A stretch of DNA of 62,852 bases from Bacilli bacterium (GCA_016295795.1 JAEDKN010000004.1:1-62852), one strand, 5' to 3'. Shown: positions 39,570 to 50,208, counted from the stretch's first letter. The notes: a model not told the origin generated them from the sequence alone. A program made the numbers and translations.

Positions 39570-41264
39570 TTATTTTACAATGTATGGATTATCAATGGTT
39601 CCATCCCCACTAGTTATCTCAACATAAGATGCAAGATTTATTACTGGACGAACACTAATCATAACATTCGAACAGCCAACTCCCACACGATCACTATCGG
39701 GATCCGAACCGAAATCACAAGTCGCTTCACCATATATTGCGCCAAGGCTAACGCCACCTCCATTGAAGTCATAAGGAGTCATTGTCCAATAAAAGGTTTT
39801 GTTATTTAAATAATAACTTGGATTTGCATCACCAAAAAACACACCTCCAGCATATACAACTTCATCCAACGTTATTAATCCAACCGGATACGTTAAGGAT
39901 TTGTTTCCCTTTAAACTAGTACTTGTTGTAAACAAATCATTTGTCTGAGGACAAGCAAATTGTGGCTGTATTGCTCCTGTTAATAATCTCCCTATAACAC
40001 CATAATGAACATCGCCATCGCTAAGACGACTTCTATCATTACAGAAACCAGCATCAAGCGACATATATGATAAATAACTTAATAAATTTTCTTGATACCA
40101 ATTATCTAAATAGGTTTTTATTGTACTATTATTTGTATTTGCATGTGTTTCTTCATATGTTGATGAACCCGCAGTTCCATACATATATCCCACATATGCA
40201 TTATCATCAGAATTAGTATTAAACGCACTACTTCCTACTGGGTTTTCAGTAATTAATCTTGTACTTCCATCTTCGTTTATTCTTACTATTCTCCATAGTA
40301 TATCTTCTGTTACATTTGCTGTAAATGTTGCTTTTTCTCCTGTTGGTGTTCCTCCTATATCTGTACAAGCATTTTCATCAAATCCTACACTTTCATCTAT
40401 TACAAAAGTTCCATAATAAGTAGAATTTGCACAGACATTACCAGATAAACATTGTTCTTCTGTTGGATTATATAAAAATTCTACATTCTCTCCCACAGAC
40501 ACATAAACCACGTCTGTTCCGTTATACTTGCATGTATTTTTAGTTTGACTTCCAAATTTAACATAGTTGTTAGCTACATCACCCCTAAAGTAATATGTAG
40601 TAGCGTTACCTTCAGTGTTTGTACTTGTATAATATAATCCTTTTCCATTTGTATCACTACTTATTTGTGAGAAATTAATTGATGAATCTGACTGTGCTGT
40701 ATTATCAGCTAGTATTTTATCTGATAAAGTGCCTATTGATTGTGCTGGTGGAGTATATTCTCCTCCGTTATATTGAATATATACTAATTCTATCTTATAT
40801 TCTGTTTTTTCTATATCTGGTATTGCTTCTGCACTTTCTAAAAACTCTACTTTCATTGTAAATGTCATTGTAGATCCTGCAGTTAATACCTCTGTTCCAA
40901 TTAGACTATTACTAAATTTTATATCTTTATGTTGATTTGTTTTTGTTTGTTTTATATCGTTTAATACTGCATCTATATTTCCATTATTTGTTACTGTTAC
41001 TTCATATTCTATTGAATCCCCTGGCATATACAAATCTGCTTCAAATGATGCGGTTGTTGCAGTATATGAACTACTTACCTCTGTTGCTCTTCCTGTTTGA
41101 CTTTTTAATGTAATGCTAGTTATTTCTACATTCCAATTACCTTTTACATTTCCTATTCCATTAATAGTTAGTGTTTGGCTTAGTATTGCATATCCTATTC
41201 CCATGAATACTAATAAACAACACAATACTCCTATTATAGTGTTTCTCTTTTTCCTATCTCTCAC
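39570..41264 (-). CDS. Secreted or membrane-anchored protein: TasA/camelysin-like N-terminal beta-sandwich plus C-terminal beta-rich domain
   Basis: GTG start after GAGGTG. Signal anchor 'IIGVLCCLLVFMGIGYAILSQTLTINGIGNV'. 'DLYMPGDSIEYEVTVTNNGNIDAVL' resembles the TasA/M73 'PGD...f.v.N.G' motif. C-terminus 'YWTMTPYDF...VRPVINL' resembles the recurrent 'WLRSP...VRPA' Firmicute surface domain. Confidence 0.6.
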   Translation of the reverse strand: MRDRKKRNTIIGVLCCLLVFMGIGYAILSQTLTINGIGNVKGNWNVEITSITLKSQTGRATEVSSSYTATTASFEADLYMPGDSIEYEVTVTNNGNIDAVLNDIKQTKTNQHKDIKFSNSLIGTEVLTAGSTMTFTMKVEFLESAEAIPDIEKTEYKIELVYIQYNGGEYTPPAQSIGTLSDKILADNTAQSDSSINFSQISSDTNGKGLYYTSTNTEGNATTYYFRGDVANNYVKFGSQTKNTCKYNGTDVVYVSVGENVEFLYNPTEEQCLSGNVCANSTYYGTFVIDESVGFDENACTDIGGTPTGEKATFTANVTEDILWRIVRINEDGSTRLITENPVGSSAFNTNSDDNAYVGYMYGTAGSSTYEETHANTNNSTIKTYLDNWYQENLLSYLSYMSLDAGFCNDRSRLSDGDVHYGVIGRLLTGAIQPQFACPQTNDLFTTSTSLKGNKSLTYPVGLITLDEVVYAGGVFFGDANPSYYLNNKTFYWTMTPYDFNGGGVSLGAIYGEATCDFGSDPDSDRVGVGCSNVMISVRPVINLASYVEITSGDGTIDNPYIVK

Positions 41265-41374
41265 TTTTACACCTCTTCTATTTTCTTATATCTTTATTAT
41301 ACTATTAATCTAACATTTTTCAACCTTAACTTTTGCGAAACTTTACAAAATTTGGTATGTAGAAAGTTAAAGTA

Positions 41375-41408
41375 TAAAAAAACAAACTATGTATTTATTA
41401 TAGTTTGT
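41375..41408 (-). terminator. Intrinsic terminator after the 103-aa ORF
   Basis: acaaactat-9 nt-atagtttgt hairpin immediately after the stop, then T7 on the minus strand. Confidence 0.6.
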
Positions 41409-41720
41409 CTACTTAAAACCAATAATTGTCTTACGTTTAGGTACTAATTTCTTTGTGATATTCTTTTCGTTTTCTATGTAAAACTTTTTTAATTTCTTTC
41501 TAGAAATAGTCTTATTCATATCTTCTGGAGATAGAAATAAAGAAAGTGGTACTGGATCTCTTGGATCAAAATAATATATATTTCCAGTAAATACACATTT
41601 GAATTCTCTTGGATTTCTCCTTAAAATAGAATCTTCAAAAAAGTTATTCTCTTTTACAATTAATAGTTTATTTTCATCATTAATATTTTCTAATACTACT
41701 CTTAAATTCTTTACAAGCAC
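41409..41720 (-). CDS. Hypothetical 103-aa basic protein
   Basis: GTG-initiated ORF with its own terminator. No recognised motif. Confidence 0.4.
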   Translation of the reverse strand: MLVKNLRVVLENINDENKLLIVKENNFFEDSILRRNPREFKCVFTGNIYYFDPRDPVPLSLFLSPEDMNKTISRKKLKKFYIENEKNITKKLVPKRKTIIGFK

Positions 41721-41806
41721 ACTAATTCCCCCAAAAAATTAACATTATAATAAATAAATCATTTAATTTTGTCAAGAGATTTTTCCAAACCTTATAATAT
41801 TTATTA

Positions 41807-42808
41807 TTATTTCCTGTTTTTTATAACAAAGTTATATGAATCTCTACACATATCTTCAATAGTTTTAGTAGCGTGCCAATGTAGTTCATTTGATGCTTTA
41901 GTAGTATCTGCATAGCACTTTGCGATATCCCCTGGTCTTCTATCTACTATTTTATAATTAACATCAACATTGTTTACCTCTTTAAAAGTATTAACAAGTT
42001 CTAAAACACTGTATCCTTTTCCCGTACCCAAATTATAGGTAAATAATCCATTACTTTTCTTTAATTTATCTATTGCCGCGACATGTCCTAGTGCTAAATC
42101 AACTACATGAATATAATCTCTAACTCCTGTTCCATCAACAGTGTCATAGTCATTACCAAATATACTTAAACACTCTAATTCTTTTGTTGCAACCTTTACT
42201 ATATAAGGCATTAAATTATTAGGAATACCATTTGGATCCTCTCCTATTAAGCCTGAAGAATGTGCACCAATCGGATTAAAATATCTTAGTATAACAATAC
42301 TCCAAGAATTATCTGACTTATATAGATCTTTTAAAATACCTTCTATTACCAATTTAGTAGTCCCATAAGGATTAGTAGTAGAAAGAGGGAAACTCTCTTT
42401 TATAGGTAGTTCTTTTGGTAATCCATACACTGTGGCTGAAGAGGAAAACACAAGTTTCTTACAATTAAATTCTTTCATAATTTCGCATAAAGATAAAGTT
42501 GAATCTAAATTGTTTCTATAATATTTAAGAGGCATAGAAACGCTTTCACCAACAGCTTTATATCCTGCAAAATGTATAACAGCGTCAATTTTATTTTCTT
42601 TAAAGACTTTTCTTAATAGTTCCTTATCACATACATCCCCTTTATAAAAACGTACGTCTTTAGAAGTAATATCTTTAATCTTGTCAATAACCTCAACTTT
42701 AGAGTTTGATAAATTATCAATAATTACAACTTCATAATCTCTTTCTAACAACTCACAACAAGTATGATTTCCAATATAACCACACCCACCTGTAACTAAT
42801 ATTTTCAA
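41807..42808 (-). CDS. galE: UDP-glucose 4-epimerase GalE
   Basis: 'KILVTGGCGYIGNH', 'SSSATVYG', 'YGTTK' (YxxxK). Start reassigned to the TTG 5 nt after a GAGGTGA RBS; the track ORF is extended. Confidence 0.93.
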   Translation of the reverse strand: MKILVTGGCGYIGNHTCCELLERDYEVVIIDNLSNSKVEVIDKIKDITSKDVRFYKGDVCDKELLRKVFKENKIDAVIHFAGYKAVGESVSMPLKYYRNNLDSTLSLCEIMKEFNCKKLVFSSSATVYGLPKELPIKESFPLSTTNPYGTTKLVIEGILKDLYKSDNSWSIVILRYFNPIGAHSSGLIGEDPNGIPNNLMPYIVKVATKELECLSIFGNDYDTVDGTGVRDYIHVVDLALGHVAAIDKLKKSNGLFTYNLGTGKGYSVLELVNTFKEVNNVDVNYKIVDRRPGDIAKCYADTTKASNELHWHATKTIEDMCRDSYNFVIKNRK

Positions 42809-42872
42809 TCTATTCACCTCACAATTATTATAACTCATTTCCTAAATAAAAGAAATAAATATCAAAGAGTAT

Positions 42873-43202
42873 TTATTTCGTAGATTCTTCAACTTTTTCG
42901 ATTTTTATATCTCCAAGAGACTTAAATAATTTACCCTCTAATATTTTATATAAAAAGTCAGCCCCTAGGAAGCTAATTAAACCACTCCACGCAGAGGCAA
43001 TAAAGCTAAGATTAGAGAAAGTTAATGAAAATAATGTACTAATAACAAGAGATATGCCTAAAGAAATAAAAATACATATATTACTACATTTTATGTGAAA
43101 ACTTTCTTTAACTTTTTGTACTAAATTGATAACAATTAAACTATTAATAATTGCCATAGCTAAGACATTTCTTATTAAATCATAATTTATTATAAACAAC
43201 AC
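42873..43202 (-). CDS. Small 3-TM membrane protein, holin-like (weak call)
   Basis: 'IINSLIVINLVQKVKESF' followed by two TM segments and a charged C-terminal tail, which resembles phage holin families of Firmicutes. Start codon uncertain. Confidence 0.4.
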   Translation of the reverse strand: MLFIINYDLIRNVLAMAIINSLIVINLVQKVKESFHIKCSNICIFISLGISLVISTLFSLTFSNLSFIASAWSGLISFLGADFLYKILEGKLFKSLGDIKIEKVEESTK

Positions 43203-43258
43203 CTCATAATATAATATGAATTAAAAAAAGATATAGACATTGCATATATCTATATCTT

Positions 43259-46200
43259 CTATTCTACACTCTTTAAAGATTCAATCATATCGACTTTTTT
43301 AAGAGAAAAATAAGTTGTTATGTTAACAATTATAGTAAATAATGTTGTAAGTAATAAAGAATAAACATAACTTGTTAATTTTATAGTATTGTCAAACATA
43401 ATCGGATCCAACTCACAAGTTTTTAGAATAAATATTGTAAGAAGCTTTCCTATTAAAACTCCAAAAATCATACCTATAACAGTTAATATAGTTGTTTCTC
43501 TTCCTATATATTTATAAACTTCTCTATCATTAAATCCTAAGACTTTTATAGTAGCTAATTCTCTTTTTCTTTCACTAATATTAACATTTGCCAAATTATA
43601 TAGAACAACAAATGCAAGTAAACCAGCAGAAACTATTAATACAACCGCAACGTAACCAAAGTTTTTCATAGTCTTATCAAATACTCCACTCATCGATGAA
43701 GTAAAACTAATATTTGCAATAGCGTCCTTTTCTTTTATATAAGTTGAAAGAGATTTTTCTTCTTCTTCAGTTAATTCATCTGTTTTAATAAATAGAGTAT
43801 TATAATAATTACTATCATACGTATCTTTACTCATGTATATATAATGATAAAAATAATTTTCTGTTATAGCTCCTATTTCAACATCATAAGTTTTATCTGT
43901 TTTTAATGTTATTTTATCTCCAACTTCCAAATCTAGTAATTTTGCAATTTTTTCTGTTACTATTACTTTATCGTTCAAAGTATATTTCACACCTGTAGTT
44001 CTATTTGCTAAGTTTATAATTCCCTCGGGATTTTCAAATGGAACTATTAATTGTATAGATTGAGTTGTATTTTTGTTTTCTATTGTTACGGATTCTTTAT
44101 TAAGTAATAAAACATCATTTATCATACTAGATTTCTTTATTCGTTCTACTTCACTATTTTTTTCTTCTAAAGTTACATCATCTTTAAATGTAACTTCTAA
44201 TTGATAATCAAACACCTTTCCATACTGAGCAGGAACCATTCCAGTTATACAATCTCTTAATCCAAAACCTGCTATAATAAGTCCAGTACATCCAGAAATA
44301 CCAATAACTGTCATTAAAAATCTTTTTTTATACCTAAATACATTACGTACTGTTACTTTTCTTGTAAACGATAATCTCTTCCAGATGAATCCTATTCTTT
44401 CTAATAATACTCGCTTTCCAGCCTTTGGTGATTTTGGTCTCATTAGTGAAGCAGGAGATTCTTTTAACTCCTTATAACATGCGAACAATGTAGCAACCAC
44501 AGTACAAAAAATCGCAATCAATGTACCGGATAAAGCATAACCAATATTAAAATCGTAAACTATATCACCAATATTATACATCATGCTATACATACTAAAT
44601 ATTATACTAGGAAGAATTCTAAATCCTATATAAACTCCGATTACAGATCCTATAATAGTTGCAAGAAGAGCATATATAACATATTTAGAAATTATTTGAA
44701 AGTTACTATATCCAATTGCTTTAAGCGTCCCTAGTTGACTTCGTTCCTCTTCGACCATACGAGTCATTGAAGTAAGACAGATAAGTATTGCGACAAGGAA
44801 AAATACCATTGGAAATATCTTACCAACATTTTTGATTCGCTCTGTATCCTGACTATATTGATAGAAACCAAGATTACTATTCCTATCTAGGATATACCAT
44901 GTTGGCTTTTCAAGTTCAGATACTTTTTGTTTTGCATTTTTTATTTGTATTTCTGCGTCTTCAAATTTTCCCTCAGCTTCTTTTTTCTTTTCATCTAGAA
45001 TTTTCTGACTATTTATAATTTCAGAATAAGCTTTTCGTAATTCTTTCCTAGCATTTTCTATTTCTTTATTAGCCTTATCCTTAGTAATATCCAATTCTTT
45101 TTGATTAGCTTCTATCTCTTCTTCTGCATTTTTTATGGTAATAGATGCATTTTCTAATTCATTTCTATAATTATCAATAGTATTATTTATTTCATCAATA
45201 CTGTTATTTACTAATAATAAATTAGATTCTGCCTCTTCTTTTTTAGTAGTTAAATCATTAATCTTCTGATTTATTTCATTAAGAATCAAAGTGTTTTTTT
45301 CTATTTCTATACCGTTATTTATAAGAATTTCTATGTCCTCTTTTTGATTATTTAGAGAATTCAAATTTGTATTGATGGTATCAATAGTAGAAATAAGTAA
45401 ACTTTGTTTTTCTTCTAATTGTTTAAGATTTGCCTGCAAAAGTTCGTTATTAGAATTGAACTGTTCTTGTGCAACCTTAAATTCTTCTTTTTTTGAATCC
45501 AATTCTTTTCTAGCTTTATCTAATTTAGCATATGCATTATCAAATTCACTATATACATCTTTGCTTTTCTTATTAAGTTTATCTAAGTTTGTTCTATATA
45601 AACTTTTTGCGTTTTTTATCTTTAACTCTGCATCTTGTATTTCTTTGTTGTATTTTTCTTTTTCTTCCTCTAACTTTTTTGTTTGCTTTTCTATTTCATC
45701 ATTAGCTTTTTCTATTTCAGTAGTATATCTTTCTTCCCCAATTTGACTTGTTAATTCTTCAAAATATTTTGTTTTTTCTTCTATTAAATCTTCATATTCA
45801 TCAGAAAATGTACTTAAGTCTGTATTAAGAGAGACAGCTGCGCTTGTATAATAATCAATATCAAAATTAGATATTGGAACATACATATAGAAATTTATTT
45901 TACCAGATAGAAGTTTTGTAGTTCCTCGTTCTAGAGATGTATATATAGGACTTTTGATAATTCCTACAATAGTAAGATTTTGTTCCTTTAAAGTATCATC
46001 TTCTACTAGTATCTTATCTCCAATTTTATGTGATTTTGTATATTGATTTTGTTCAATAACACACTCGTTATCTTTAGTAGGTAACTTTCCTTCTAACAAA
46101 ATCAAATCATTTATTTTAGAGTTTTCATCATATGAAATGATTTTTATTACCTCTTCTGTTTCTCCTTTTACTATTGCATCAAATTCGTATGATGGTTCTA

Positions 46201-46450
46201 TGTCATAACCTTTTCCCTTTAGTTTATCTATGTCAGAGTCCTTTAGCCCCCAACTAGACATTATATTAAGATCCATAAAATTATTATCTTCATAACACTT
46301 GTCAATTGTCTTTTTCATATTAGGACTTGTAACCCTAATACCTGCAAAGAAACCAACTCCAAGTAGTACAATCAAAAGAATTGATAAAAACCTCTTAAAG
46401 TTTCTTTTTACAGAGACAATACTTTCTTTAAATAAAGTCTTCATTACCAT
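43259..46450 (-). CDS. MacB/FtsX-type ABC permease (two FtsX modules) with coiled-coil insert of about 280 aa
   Basis: 1063 aa. TM1, extracytoplasmic domain, long heptad-rich region (about aa 225-505), FtsX 3-TM bundle, second extracytoplasmic domain, second FtsX bundle. Confidence 0.85.
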   Translation of the reverse strand: MVMKTLFKESIVSVKRNFKRFLSILLIVLLGVGFFAGIRVTSPNMKKTIDKCYEDNNFMDLNIMSSWGLKDSDIDKLKGKGYDIEPSYEFDAIVKGETEEVIKIISYDENSKINDLILLEGKLPTKDNECVIEQNQYTKSHKIGDKILVEDDTLKEQNLTIVGIIKSPIYTSLERGTTKLLSGKINFYMYVPISNFDIDYYTSAAVSLNTDLSTFSDEYEDLIEEKTKYFEELTSQIGEERYTTEIEKANDEIEKQTKKLEEEKEKYNKEIQDAELKIKNAKSLYRTNLDKLNKKSKDVYSEFDNAYAKLDKARKELDSKKEEFKVAQEQFNSNNELLQANLKQLEEKQSLLISTIDTINTNLNSLNNQKEDIEILINNGIEIEKNTLILNEINQKINDLTTKKEEAESNLLLVNNSIDEINNTIDNYRNELENASITIKNAEEEIEANQKELDITKDKANKEIENARKELRKAYSEIINSQKILDEKKKEAEGKFEDAEIQIKNAKQKVSELEKPTWYILDRNSNLGFYQYSQDTERIKNVGKIFPMVFFLVAILICLTSMTRMVEEERSQLGTLKAIGYSNFQIISKYVIYALLATIIGSVIGVYIGFRILPSIIFSMYSMMYNIGDIVYDFNIGYALSGTLIAIFCTVVATLFACYKELKESPASLMRPKSPKAGKRVLLERIGFIWKRLSFTRKVTVRNVFRYKKRFLMTVIGISGCTGLIIAGFGLRDCITGMVPAQYGKVFDYQLEVTFKDDVTLEEKNSEVERIKKSSMINDVLLLNKESVTIENKNTTQSIQLIVPFENPEGIINLANRTTGVKYTLNDKVIVTEKIAKLLDLEVGDKITLKTDKTYDVEIGAITENYFYHYIYMSKDTYDSNYYNTLFIKTDELTEEEEKSLSTYIKEKDAIANISFTSSMSGVFDKTMKNFGYVAVVLIVSAGLLAFVVLYNLANVNISERKRELATIKVLGFNDREVYKYIGRETTILTVIGMIFGVLIGKLLTIFILKTCELDPIMFDNTIKLTSYVYSLLLTTLFTIIVNITTYFSLKKVDMIESLKSVE

Positions 46451-47145
46451 TCAATCCTTTCGATTGGAGTTGGATTATCATTAATAACAACACCTTCAAC
46501 CGTACCATTCTTAAATTTAATAACTTTATCCGCCATAGGTGCTATCGCAGCATTATGTGTAATTATAATAACAGTCATTTTATCTTTATGTGCAGTATCT
46601 TGTAGCAACTTTAATATTTGCTTTCCAGTAGAATAATCAAGTGCTCCTGTTGGTTCATCACATAATAGTATTTTAGGATTCTTAGCAATCGCCCTAGCTA
46701 TCGCAACACGTTGTTGCTCTCCTCCAGATAATTGTGCTGGAAAATTATTAAGTCTATTTCCAAGACCAACTTTTTCCAAGATTTCTTTAGGCTCAAGGGG
46801 CTTTTTACAGATTTCTGTTGCTAATTCCACATTTTCTAGCGTGGTCAAGTTTTGAATCAAATTATAAAATTGAAATACAAAGCCAATATCATTACGACGA
46901 TATTTTATAAGTTTATTCTTAGAATATTTTGTAATATCTTTATTAGCAACAATAACTTTCCCACTTGTTGCACTATCCATTCCACCTAAAATATTAAGAG
47001 CGGTAGTCTTTCCAGCACCGGATGGCCCTAGTATTACAACCAATTCACCTTTTTCAATTTTAAAGTTAGTATTATTAAGCGCTAAGACTTTTACTTCTCC
47101 GCTAGCATATTCCTTTGTAACATTTGAAAATTCTATATATGCCAT
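46444..47145 (-). CDS. ABC transporter ATP-binding protein (MacB/LolD-like)
   Basis: 'GPSGAGKTT', 'FVFQFYNL', '[14 protein letters not shown]', '[11 protein letters not shown]'. ATG at 47145 after AGGGGAG. Stop overlaps the permease start. Confidence 0.92.
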   Translation of the reverse strand: MAYIEFSNVTKEYASGEVKVLALNNTNFKIEKGELVVILGPSGAGKTTALNILGGMDSATSGKVIVANKDITKYSKNKLIKYRRNDIGFVFQFYNLIQNLTTLENVELATEICKKPLEPKEILEKVGLGNRLNNFPAQLSGGEQQRVAIARAIAKNPKILLCDEPTGALDYSTGKQILKLLQDTAHKDKMTVIIITHNAAIAPMADKVIKFKNGTVEGVVINDNPTPIERIEW

Positions 47146-47265
47146 TTTATTCTCCCCTTTACATAAACATTTGTTATCTTTGTATTTTACCACTAATACA
47201 TTTTTTAGTCAAAAATGCTTGATATTCATTTAAAATAAAAAAGTATTAAAATTATATTTAATACT

Positions 47266-50208
47266 TTATACATTGTCCAATTTTACACTAACAAGTTTTG
47301 AAACTCCGGACTCCTGCATTGTTATACCATAAAGAGTATTAGCGTATTCCATAGTCTTTTTCTTATGAGTTATAATCAAAAACTGTGTTTTGTCTTTATA
47401 ATTGTCTAAATACTTTCCAAAATTATCAACATTAGCTTCATCTAAAGCAGCTTCCACCTCATCAAACAAGCAAAATGGTATAGTTTTAACATTAAGAATT
47501 GCAAATATAAGACAGATTGCTGTTAAGGTCTTTTCCCCTCCTGATAATAGATTTATAGAAGTTAGCTTTTTACCTGGAGGTGATGCAATAATATCAATTC
47601 CTGTTTCTAAAATATTATCTGGATCAGTAAGTTTTAATGTAGCTGAGCCTCCTTTAAATAGCTCTTTAAATACCTTTTGAAATTCTCTTTCTATGTTATT
47701 AAAAGTAGTTAAAAACTCTTCTTTCATTATTGAATCCATTTCATCTATTATTTCTAACAAAGTATCTTTTGCATTTAGTAAATCTGTTTTTTGAGTATTT
47801 AAGAAATTAAATCTTTCATAAACTTTCTTATAATCTTCTATTGATTGTAAATTTACCATTCCTATCTGTTTAATTGAATTTTTATAAGAGTTTACTTTTT
47901 GCCTAGCTTCATCTAATTCAATATCCAACACATAATTTGCTTTAGCTTTTTCATAAGTCATCTCATAGTCTTCGCTTAATATTCTTAAATAGTTATCTAA
48001 TTTAACATCCATCTTGCTTATATTTATCTCAAGAGTTTTAAGTTCTTTTTCCAATGAGTATAATTCACTATTATTCAACTTATTTGTAGCCTCTAGATTA
48101 TCTATCGAATTATTAAGTTGTTCTTTTTCTTTTGTTTTGGACTTAATTTGACGAATAACTTCTTCTTTTTGCCTAGAAGTTTCATAATAAGCTGAGATTA
48201 TTCTATCTTCTTCTTTTGAAATAGAAGAATCTATTACATTTTCTAAACTTTTCAATTCATCCACTATATTGTTGTATTCTTCGGTGACTAAGTTATTATC
48301 TTTCATTTTAGAATTTACTTTTTCTTGAATTTGAACTAAGAATATTTCTTCATTTTTCAATTCATTTTGATTAGCTTCAAGTTTAGTTTGAACAGATTTT
48401 ATATTTTGTTCAAGAGTTGATATTAGTTCAGTTAATTCATTTTTCCTAACTTTTAAAACTTCTAATTCATGTTTTTCTTCAAAAATACTTTTTGAAGTAT
48501 TGACGCTACCACCTGTCATAGTACCGCCAACATGAACTACATCTCCATCAAGTGTAACTATTTTATAACGTTGATTAATTTTTTTGCTTATTTTGTTAGC
48601 AGAATCCAAATCACTCACTAAAATAACATTACCAATTTGATTAGATACTATTCCATGATATTGTGGATCATAACTAACAACATCACTTAATATAGAGATA
48701 TAACCAGATTCACTTCTTATTAGATCTAGTGTTTGCAAATCCACTCCTCTTGGTTTAATAACACTTATTGGAAAGAAAGTTGCTCTCCCTAATTTATTAT
48801 CTTTTAAATAATTAATTGCATGTTTGGCACAATCTTCATTATCTACAACAATAAATTGTTTACTAGCACCCAATGCAACATCAACTGCTTTTAAGTATTC
48901 ACTAGAAACATTTATTAATGCTCCTAAAGTCTGATGAATTCCTTTTAATCTAGGATTATTTAATATAGACTTAATACTTCCATTTATACTACCACCATTA
49001 TTAATATAATCACTGATGATATTGATTTTATGTTCAGTATCAGCAAATACTATTTTATTATTATTATAATCATTAAATACTTCTGAGTATTCTTTTTTTA
49101 AGCTATTATTTAAAAGTGTTAAATTATTAATTTGTTCTTTTTTATTATTTAATTCATTAGTTAAGTTGTCTAAATCTATTTTGTTTAAATATAATGCGTT
49201 TTCTTTTTTTAACTTTTCCTCTTTTAACATTGCGATATTATCATGAACTTTTGTGTCGCTAGCATCATATTTTTTTCTTTCTTTTAAGATGTTTTTCTCT
49301 CCATTTATCTTTTCTTCTTTTTTAGTTAAGTCAAGTAAAGACTCATTTAAAGATTTTATTTCCTCGTCTAGTTTAGAAACTTTATTTTTTAGTTCTAAAA
49401 TCTCTGTGTCTGATTTATTAGAACTTACTCCTAAATTAATTATCTCAGTATTTAATTTTTCTATTTTTTCTTTTGATGATTGATACTCTGCATTTATTGT
49501 TGTAATTTCACTAGAAAGTAGTGCAACTTCAACATTTTTTAAATCATCTTTTAGTTTTAAATACTCTTCTGCTTTCCTGCTTTGATCTTTAAGTGGTTCT
49601 AACTGTATTTCTAACTCTCCAATTATGTCATTTATTCTTTCTAGATTATTATGTGTTCTATCTAATTTTTTAAAAGCTTCTTCTTTACGTTTTTTGTATT
49701 TTAAAACCTCTGCAGCACTTTCAAAAATAGTTCTTCTATCATAACTAGATTCGGATATGATCTTTTGAATTTCACCTTGAGAAACAATATTAAAAGAGCT
49801 TTTTCCTACTCCACTATCTAAAAACAAATCAGTAATATCTTTTAATCTACATTTTTCATTATTTATAAAATACTCATTTTCACCAGTTCTGTAAACTCTT
49901 CTTTTTACAGTAATCTCGCTAAATGGAATATTAATATAATTATCACTGTTATCAAAAGTAAGAGAAACTGTCGCAACATTTAGAGCATTTCTATTTTTTG
50001 AACCTGAAAAGATAACATCACTCATGCTTGAGTCCCCACGCAAAGACTTAACGGATTGTTCTCCTAAAACCCATCTTACAGCGTCTACTATATTACTCTT
50101 ACCACTACCGTTAGGACCAACTATACAAGTTGTCTTACCATCTAATGCAATAGTAATTTTATCCGCAAAAGATTTAAAACCAGTTGCACTAATTTCTTTT
50201 AAGTACAT
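47266..50208 (-). CDS. smc: Chromosome segregation protein SMC (short, 980 aa)
   Basis: Walker A 'GPNGSGKSN', hinge 'GALINVSSEYLKAVDVALG', signature 'LSGGEKTLTA', Walker B 'CLFDEVEAALD'. Confidence 0.95.
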   Translation of the reverse strand: MYLKEISATGFKSFADKITIALDGKTTCIVGPNGSGKSNIVDAVRWVLGEQSVKSLRGDSSMSDVIFSGSKNRNALNVATVSLTFDNSDNYINIPFSEITVKRRVYRTGENEYFINNEKCRLKDITDLFLDSGVGKSSFNIVSQGEIQKIISESSYDRRTIFESAAEVLKYKKRKEEAFKKLDRTHNNLERINDIIGELEIQLEPLKDQSRKAEEYLKLKDDLKNVEVALLSSEITTINAEYQSSKEKIEKLNTEIINLGVSSNKSDTEILELKNKVSKLDEEIKSLNESLLDLTKKEEKINGEKNILKERKKYDASDTKVHDNIAMLKEEKLKKENALYLNKIDLDNLTNELNNKKEQINNLTLLNNSLKKEYSEVFNDYNNNKIVFADTEHKINIISDYINNGGSINGSIKSILNNPRLKGIHQTLGALINVSSEYLKAVDVALGASKQFIVVDNEDCAKHAINYLKDNKLGRATFFPISVIKPRGVDLQTLDLIRSESGYISILSDVVSYDPQYHGIVSNQIGNVILVSDLDSANKISKKINQRYKIVTLDGDVVHVGGTMTGGSVNTSKSIFEEKHELEVLKVRKNELTELISTLEQNIKSVQTKLEANQNELKNEEIFLVQIQEKVNSKMKDNNLVTEEYNNIVDELKSLENVIDSSISKEEDRIISAYYETSRQKEEVIRQIKSKTKEKEQLNNSIDNLEATNKLNNSELYSLEKELKTLEINISKMDVKLDNYLRILSEDYEMTYEKAKANYVLDIELDEARQKVNSYKNSIKQIGMVNLQSIEDYKKVYERFNFLNTQKTDLLNAKDTLLEIIDEMDSIMKEEFLTTFNNIEREFQKVFKELFKGGSATLKLTDPDNILETGIDIIASPPGKKLTSINLLSGGEKTLTAICLIFAILNVKTIPFCLFDEVEAALDEANVDNFGKYLDNYKDKTQFLIITHKKKTMEYANTLYGITMQESGVSKLVSVKLDNV

